Virus record (IMG/VR): IMGVR_UViG_3300035520_000781
Span: 1-64,000 of that record
Source: a virus
Lineage: Duplodnaviria; Caudoviricetes
Strand: one strand, 5' to 3'
DNA: 64,000 nt
Both the position numbers and the translations under genes were made by a program. The first letter of the stretch is position 1, and every line of letters starts with the position of its first letter. The notes below the pieces were generated by a model. It ran no database searches. It was not told the DNA's origin and saw only the letters and a program-made list of their open reading frames with translations. Below, one piece after another: positions 57,621 through 64,000 of the stretch.

Positions 57621-60600
57621 TTAGATACAATCCATATATTCTTTTTGTTCCTTAGAAGTTAAATTATTCCAGTCTTTAATATTCCTAACTCCTCTTTCTC
57701 TTAAACTTCTTTTTTGCTTAGCAGTAAATTGAGTATAATCATAATTACTTGAAGTAGCTACTCTGGGAGGGGCACTTACTGGTTGACCATTTTCTATGGG
57801 CTTTAACCTATCCAATTGTCCCAATAGAGGGTCTTCAAATGGCTTTCTTTCTATAACCTCAGTTTCAACACTTGTAGGTTTAGCTCCCCCAATTTCATTT
57901 TCAATTACTGCCTTTTCTGCATCAGTTAATTTATTCCATCTAATGTTAAGTGGAGTATAAGGAAGAGGAACTTGCATATCAAGAGTAGTTTTATATAAAA
58001 CAGGTGTAGCACCTTTAAATTCTACTCCATCTGCCATTAATTGATAATATCTTGGGTCATCCTGAGAAACTGTAGAATCTTCTTTTTTTGAATATTCTAC
58101 TTTACCATATTTAGTACCTTTAGGGTCATCATATTTAACTGATATTGGAATAACTTTTAAATTTTCATCAGAAACATTTATTCCATATGATTGCATTAAT
58201 AAATCTTTATATAAAGATACTTGCCTTGCCCATTTATCTCTCCTTTCTAATATTTTCTTAGTAGATAAGTTATGGACAGTTTTCATATCAAATATATAAA
58301 AATTACCAGCAGCATCATATCCTAATAAGTCTATTGTTCCTGCAACTGGAATTTTATGTTTTTGTCCCTTATCGTCAGTTACTGTTACTTCTCCTTTAAC
58401 AGTCATATTATTTGAGACAATATTTATTCCTGAAGCATCTAAAGAAGCTTTTAATTTTTCCAGCTGAGTTACAAAACTTTGAAGCTGTTCCTCCGTTGCA
58501 TTTGGATACCTTTGAGCCAAGTTCTCTTTTGAGAAATTTCCTGCAAAAAAGTCTCTAACAAGCATATCAAACCCAGTTCCTATATTAGTTGATGGGGTTA
58601 TCCATGAGGTATCTTCAAATGTTTCTCCATTCTCATCAGCTTGTATTATAGAAGTTACTCTTGCATACCTTTTTACAACTTTTGGCTCTTTTCCTGGCTC
58701 TGAATCATCTAATAATTCATAATACTTCTCGTCATCTGAAAGTCTTAATTTTTTAGAATCTTCTGCAATTTTCTTAGTAACTGCTTCAGCATTTTTAGCA
58801 GCAGGACTAGTTAGTGGAGCAGGGCTTCCTTCAAGAGTTGTTCCTGTTCCTGGGTCTACAAGAGCTCCATTTGATGTGGTTGCAGCTGGCCCTGATGTAG
58901 GTCTATCTCCTGAAGGACTTGAAGCATTGTCAGAGTTTGCAACAATAGGAGGAAAGTTTCTAGGCTCACCTTCATTGGTAAATGGGGACTCCATTCTAAT
59001 AGCATAAGGCATATATTGTAAAGCATCTGCAGCTATATCAAATACTCCATCATCTACCCACATTTGCACTTCTGAAAGTGCCTTATCTTGTTTACCAGGA
59101 ACTTTACCTTTTATTATATCTAGATTTACATAGTTAATTTGCCAAGTTAAAAAGTCTCTTACATTACCAGAACTATCTAATAAAAGATTTGATATAAATT
59201 CTTTTCCAAAAGCTTTTGTATCTGTATTCTTTCCAATAGAACCTAATTGTATTTGTGGCTTACTTTCATTTACATTATCAAGAGTTATATTAAAAACTAT
59301 CTCTCCAGTAGATTGAGCTCTTTCTACATCAAATGTAACTTTAAAATCATATCCTGCATCTCCTTTAAGATAAACAAAGTCAGTTACTTTTCCTTTAAGA
59401 AATGCCTCTATTTTACTTGCTACATTATCAAATTCAGTACTATCAGCATTTAACTCAGGTATAAGTTGCTGAGCTTTTTCTAATACATCATAGTATAATC
59501 TACTTGTTCTACTATTAAATTCAATAATGTCTTCAGGATTATTACTTTGGGCTGCTTGTTGAATAGATAAACCATTTACACCTGTAGTTTCGGCTATAGA
59601 CTTTCTAATAATAATACTTGGACTACCTCCACCATCTTTTAAATTATCGGGCTTATACCATAGTTCTAATTTACCATTCTTTTGATTTAATTGAGTAAAT
59701 AATCCAGAAATAAAATTACCCCTTGCTCTTACATATGCAGGCTCTTTAATTCTCTGAAGATAGGGTAAAGCATTTAATCTTTGTTGCTCCTCTTTAGATA
59801 GAGTCTCTATAATAAGTTGATGTACAGAACTATTGTTATTAACACCATTTTGCCTATTTTGGTCAGGATGATGTGCTCTAACAGCTCCCTTTTGGCCATA
59901 AGCTCTTGTTGTAACAGGCTTTCCATCCTTATTTCTAACTAAATGAACTCCTTCATCATTAGAACTTAACTCTCTAACTGGAATCATCCTATTACTTCCC
60001 TGCATGGTGGCACCATTATTTGGCATTACCCCAATTGGTTGATACTTTTTACCTTCTATTTCTATTGGGCCATTCTCACTTTCAACTACTGCTATTACAG
60101 GTTTCATGGAGTTTCTATATTTATCCCCCATTTCACTCATACAGAGCGTAGTTAACTCAGAGTCAGTGAAAAAGAATATTTCAGTATCATTACTAAAGCT
60201 ATGACTTCTTATAAAATCTTCTATTCCATATTTATCATATAATTTAGTAACCCAGCTATCAGGATGGTTCTTTCTATAGTTTTCAATGTCTATTGTAGAC
60301 ATTGTTGCAGCATTGGCATTTGGGGGAGGGGTTTCCTTTTCAGCAGTATCTGTTGTAGGAGCAGTTCTTGAATTTGACCTAGTTAAATTAGTAACAACCA
60401 TTGATAATAATTTACTTACTGCTTCATTGTTATTATCATCAGCAGACAGTGACTTAATAGTATCACTAAGTTTAGAAATTTCATCTATAAAGTCATCTAC
60501 TGTTTCAAAGTCATAAGTTTCAGAATTATCAAGAGTCATCAACTGCTTAATTGCTTCTTCTTTTATTTCTTGTGTAAAGCTACTGGCATTAATAATGTCA

Positions 60601-63600
60601 ATAGCTACACCAGCCATTTCTGCAATCTTTTTATTTCCAGTTGTTTCAAATGGTTTAGGAGAATCAACTCTATTTCCAGCTCCATCAATTTGTCCCCCAC
60701 TCGGGGAGTCATATCCTATATCCCAAATTGATTTAGGTTGAGGAGAAGGATTTCCTCCGTTATCTTGTGGTGATGGAGTTGGGGTAGGAGAGGGACTTGG
60801 AGCAGGACTGGGAGTAGGTGTTGGTGATGGGGATGGTGTGGGCCTATTATCCTCAGGAGAAGTAGTTGATACAGGTACATCTCTGTTTATTTGTGCAGTT
60901 TCTCCATCTTGTTTTAGCTTACTTTGAAGAGCTTTCTTATAATTAGTAATTACTTGTCCTGTAGATGTAAATACTGTCTTAGTTTGTTCAGGATGAGAAT
61001 CATTCATCCTTTCTACATAATCTCTAAACTTATTATCTCCTCTTTCATTCTGTTCAATTAAAGCAGCCACTACTTGGTCTAAATCTTCCAAATCTACTTC
61101 TTGATTTTGAAGATAGTTAAGAGTATGCATGAACAAGCTGACATCATTAGATGTCATGTCTTGACTTAATTCATCATTAGTAATAGTATCTACAAGTTTC
61201 TCTGCAACTTCTCTTTTTTGCTTATATTTTTCCCAATTTTCATTATCTGAGTCTCTTAGAGTTCTCATTATAAGGTCTCTTTCTTGAAAACTTGAGTTAG
61301 TAAGAACTCTATCCATTTCATCAGCAAACTCAGTGTAGCTTTGAATATTATTAATATGTTCAGCTCTGAGTTTTATTCTGCCTAACTGAGCATTTAACTT
61401 TGCCGCTCTTACATAGTTTTGATAAGCATCTGGGTCAGAAAGAATAGCTCTTTTTTGAGCATAGAAAGTTTCAATAGAGGCCTGCATTCTTCCCATATCT
61501 ACAACCTTATCAAGGAAATTAGCATCTTGAGCCATTCCCTGCTGTATTAAATTATCAATAACAGCTTGTTGCTCATCTGAATAGAACTGTCTTGTTTCAG
61601 GTCTATTTTCTTTTAACTCATGTTTAAGCTGATTAATTTGACCATTTAATTTTTTAATCTCTTTCTCTTTTTTACTCTTTGCCTTCTTTCCTTTGACATT
61701 TTTAGCTTTTAGACTATCTCTTCTTCCCTCTAATTTATCAATTTGAGTGGTAAGACTGTCAATAGCTTCTCTATCTTCATGAAGAGATGAGTATAATTTT
61801 TGTGCTCCAAGTCTTAACATTCTTCCTCTTGTAGCAGCATCTAAGCCCATTATCTCTTCTTCATTTAGCACTATTCTGTCTTGAGCATTTTCACTTAAAG
61901 CATCAAAGTCTTTTAATTGTTTACCTATTTGCTTTATTTGAGCCTTAGCTACTTTTGCTGCAACTTTCTCTCCTTCAGTTGCTCTATCTCCTAATTTTTC
62001 AGTATCAGCAATTTGCTTTTCAAGTGCCTCTCTTCTTTCATTGAGATTATGCATTCTCTCTATGGCAGCTTTTAAACTACCATACTTTGCAATTAATCTC
62101 TTTTCACTCTTTGATGCCGTGCTTGGAGATAAACCTACTGAGGCTTCAATTTTAATTCTAGCTATTTCATCTGCAAGTTGAGGCATTCTCTTTTGCCAAT
62201 CATCAAGCATCATTTGGCCAAATATTAAAGACTGTCTTGTGTCATCATCTACATTACCTATTAATCTATCAATCTTATCAGATTCTTCTTGTATTGTAGC
62301 TAATGTAGTTCTCATTTTAAGAGCATTCTTTTTAACTTGCTCAAGTATATCAGCATCTGTTTTTCCCTCAGTATCTACATTGACATCATTTTTCATATGG
62401 TCAATAATTCTCTGAGCCTCTGGAGTACCCTCTTCTACATCTGCAATATCATCTAATTGCTTCATTAATGATTGTCCAAGATTAGAATCTTTTATCTTGG
62501 AAAGCATTATTGCGTCATTAATAGTTCTGCCCAATAAACTATTTCTATATCCAAATTCATCATTAGTTGTAGCAGATTTCTCCATATCCATGGCCCATTT
62601 AAATGTACCAGTAAGTCCATCAAATTTAGCCATATTAGCAGGGTCTCTCATCCATGCTGTAAGAGCTGCAGCCTCTTCTTTATCTGCATCTCTGTCTCTC
62701 ATAAGACCTCTAAAATTGGCATATAAACCACTTCTCCAAGGCATGAGTCTTTGTATATATTCCCAATTAGTCTCTCTTTGTCCCTGCTCATTTACACCTC
62801 TAGCGAGATTAAAAGGATTCAATATACTTTTAGTTTCTATTTTACCAGTCTTTTCATTGAGAACTTTTCTTCTTCCAGGTAATACAGGTGTTCCCATAGC
62901 ACTTGACAAAGCACCCATTATAGCAGCTTGAGCTGCCTCCTTACTTGTGGAAGAGCCCTTAAATGCAGTCCAAGCAGCAGCAAAGTCAGACCCAAACCAG
63001 TCCCCAACAGCCATAGTTCCATCTCCATCAAATTTATTTTCAATAAACTTATGAATGTTGTTTTCAGCTGCTCCTACATTAATATCATTAGAAATAGTCT
63101 GCAAATATTCTTCGGCTGCTTCACCCAAAGGTTCTTTTATCAATTCTTTGGCTATTCCCCATTTAGTTAAAGTAGCTGTTGCAGTTGCATTTGCAGGGCT
63201 AGTTCCTGTAATATTAAATCTTGGTTTACTAAATGCCCAGCTTGTTAATTTGCTATTTTTTAAAACATTTTGCACTCTATCTGCTTGTAACCCAGCTTTG
63301 AATGTGCTATTAATTGCTCCATTTATAAAGCTATTAATATAGAAGTTATTAATACCCGCTTTAGCAGCAGAAGACTCTACCTGAGCTTTTGATTGCATAT
63401 ATTTATCAGAAAGTTCATTCCAAGCATCTGCATATAATTCTACTTCAGATTTAGTATTATTTGGGTCTTGTTTTTTCTCTTCAACTAAGTCATGAACTTT
63501 TGAATTATAGTAGTCTTCTAAGTATTTCCCCTGTTCTTCTTCTACCTGCATTTTAGTTTGTAAACCTTCCATAGCTCCTTCCATGGAGCCTACCATTCCA

Positions 63601-64000
63601 GGGATAACAAACTTATCTACAAAATTTGAACCTTTTTTTAAAGCAGTTACTGTTGCATCTAATGCTTTTTCAGTTCTAACTGCCCTTCCCAAAGTATTAG
63701 ACATTAATCTACTAGTTTGGGAAACTTTGCTAGCCCAAGATGCTCCCTTCATAGCTGCTCCAAATAACCATGAAGCAACTTTAGCTTCTCCTGCTCCTAC
63801 AAATATAGAAGCAACTGTAAAACCGCCACTCTGTAAAGCTTGCCATGGTGTAGCAGAACTCCAAAGACTTTGGTCTTGCTCTTGAGTAGTTACAATTTCA
63901 ATGTCAGAAAGACCATGAGGAGAATAATCTGTTGCATAAGACTTTGCTCTTTCAATATCTCGATTAGATATAAACCCATACTCAACAATGTCATTCCCAT
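57621..64000 (-). CDS. giant virion protein with C-terminal PD-(D/E)XK nuclease domain (5' partial)
   Basis: Frame open to the window edge; RVTSII, GTIDLL..IFDMKT..QVSLY; PT/PS linker. Confidence 0.8.
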   Translation of the reverse strand, partial: GNDIVEYGFISNRDIERAKSYATDYSPHGLSDIEIVTTQEQDQSLWSSATPWQALQSGGFTVASIFVGAGEAKVASWLFGAAMKGASWASKVSQTSRLMSNTLGRAVRTEKALDATVTALKKGSNFVDKFVIPGMVGSMEGAMEGLQTKMQVEEEQGKYLEDYYNSKVHDLVEEKKQDPNNTKSEVELYADAWNELSDKYMQSKAQVESSAAKAGINNFYINSFINGAINSTFKAGLQADRVQNVLKNSKLTSWAFSKPRFNITGTSPANATATATLTKWGIAKELIKEPLGEAAEEYLQTISNDINVGAAENNIHKFIENKFDGDGTMAVGDWFGSDFAAAWTAFKGSSTSKEAAQAAIMGALSSAMGTPVLPGRRKVLNEKTGKIETKSILNPFNLARGVNEQGQRETNWEYIQRLMPWRSGLYANFRGLMRDRDADKEEAAALTAWMRDPANMAKFDGLTGTFKWAMDMEKSATTNDEFGYRNSLLGRTINDAIMLSKIKDSNLGQSLMKQLDDIADVEEGTPEAQRIIDHMKNDVNVDTEGKTDADILEQVKKNALKMRTTLATIQEESDKIDRLIGNVDDDTRQSLIFGQMMLDDWQKRMPQLADEIARIKIEASVGLSPSTASKSEKRLIAKYGSLKAAIERMHNLNERREALEKQIADTEKLGDRATEGEKVAAKVAKAQIKQIGKQLKDFDALSENAQDRIVLNEEEIMGLDAATRGRMLRLGAQKLYSSLHEDREAIDSLTTQIDKLEGRRDSLKAKNVKGKKAKSKKEKEIKKLNGQINQLKHELKENRPETRQFYSDEQQAVIDNLIQQGMAQDANFLDKVVDMGRMQASIETFYAQKRAILSDPDAYQNYVRAAKLNAQLGRIKLRAEHINNIQSYTEFADEMDRVLTNSSFQERDLIMRTLRDSDNENWEKYKQKREVAEKLVDTITNDELSQDMTSNDVSLFMHTLNYLQNQEVDLEDLDQVVAALIEQNERGDNKFRDYVERMNDSHPEQTKTVFTSTGQVITNYKKALQSKLKQDGETAQINRDVPVSTTSPEDNRPTPSPSPTPTPSPAPSPSPTPTPSPQDNGGNPSPQPKSIWDIGYDSPSGGQIDGAGNRVDSPKPFETTGNKKIAEMAGVAIDIINASSFTQEIKEEAIKQLMTLDNSETYDFETVDDFIDEISKLSDTIKSLSADDNNNEAVSKLLSMVVTNLTRSNSRTAPTTDTAEKETPPPNANAATMSTIDIENYRKNHPDSWVTKLYDKYGIEDFIRSHSFSNDTEIFFFTDSELTTLCMSEMGDKYRNSMKPVIAVVESENGPIEIEGKKYQPIGVMPNNGATMQGSNRMIPVRELSSNDEGVHLVRNKDGKPVTTRAYGQKGAVRAHHPDQNRQNGVNNNSSVHQLIIETLSKEEQQRLNALPYLQRIKEPAYVRARGNFISGLFTQLNQKNGKLELWYKPDNLKDGGGSPSIIIRKSIAETTGVNGLSIQQAAQSNNPEDIIEFNSRTSRLYYDVLEKAQQLIPELNADSTEFDNVASKIEAFLKGKVTDFVYLKGDAGYDFKVTFDVERAQSTGEIVFNITLDNVNESKPQIQLGSIGKNTDTKAFGKEFISNLLLDSSGNVRDFLTWQINYVNLDIIKGKVPGKQDKALSEVQMWVDDGVFDIAADALQYMPYAIRMESPFTNEGEPRNFPPIVANSDNASSPSGDRPTSGPAATTSNGALVDPGTGTTLEGSPAPLTSPAAKNAEAVTKKIAEDSKKLRLSDDEKYYELLDDSEPGKEPKVVKRYARVTSIIQADENGETFEDTSWITPSTNIGTGFDMLVRDFFAGNFSKENLAQRYPNATEEQLQSFVTQLEKLKASLDASGINIVSNNMTVKGEVTVTDDKGQKHKIPVAGTIDLLGYDAAGNFYIFDMKTVHNLSTKKILERRDKWARQVSLYKDLLMQSYGINVSDENLKVIPISVKYDDPKGTKYGKVEYSKKEDSTVSQDDPRYYQLMADGVEFKGATPVLYKTTLDMQVPLPYTPLNIRWNKLTDAEKAVIENEIGGAKPTSVETEVIERKPFEDPLLGQLDRLKPIENGQPVSAPPRVATSSNYDYTQFTAKQKRSLRERGVRNIKDWNNLTSKEQKEYMDCI
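60768..60843 (-). repeat. Pro-Thr/Pro-Ser linker repeat
   Basis: PTPSPSPTPTPSPAPSPSPTPTPSP. Confidence 0.85.

Noticed and set aside
45059-63885. Many short antisense or alternate-frame ORFs within the giant genes
   Set aside because: Shadow ORFs with no motifs or initiation context
1-64000. Stop-codon reassignment as in some crAss-like phages
   Set aside because: Long genes are intact in the standard code, TAG and TGA end real genes, and no suppressor tRNA was seen in the window

Overview
AT-rich, gene-dense segment of a crAss-like phage (Crassvirales). The host is probably a Bacteroidota member, inferred from repeated TAnnTTTG promoters. The standard genetic code fits, and no capsid or terminase gene is in the window. 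Layout: (1-6 kb, minus) small genes, an 11-gene tRNA cluster in which tRNA-Leu(UAA) is split by a group I intron carrying an HNH endonuclease, a cargo-like gene pair joined by an A9 frameshift, and a PI-PLC-like gene; (6.1-12.8 kb, plus) an early-type region of small ORFs with 17 copies of a fixed-spacing AATCACTCYTCC..TGA motif, four paralogous genes and a polypyrimidine tract; (13-22 kb) small genes, three more tRNAs, an inverted BspA/LRR receptor-binding-like cassette and tRNA-like mini-RNAs; (22-45 kb) replication and nucleotide metabolism (SF2 helicase, DnaB split by a LAGLIDADG group I intron, AAA ATPase, SSB, primase, nucleases, NrdDG, dUTPase, PolA, thioredoxin, ThyX); (45-64 kb) the virion RNA polymerase (DFDID) and two other giant virion proteins. 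The strongest candidate for an unusual system is a phage-encoded ubiquitin-like conjugation cassette at 29.7-34.1 kb: a Ubl precursor ending KIKSG, then E2-like, JAB protease, ThiF/E1 and an unknown ORF. All calls were made by eye from motifs; no database search was run.
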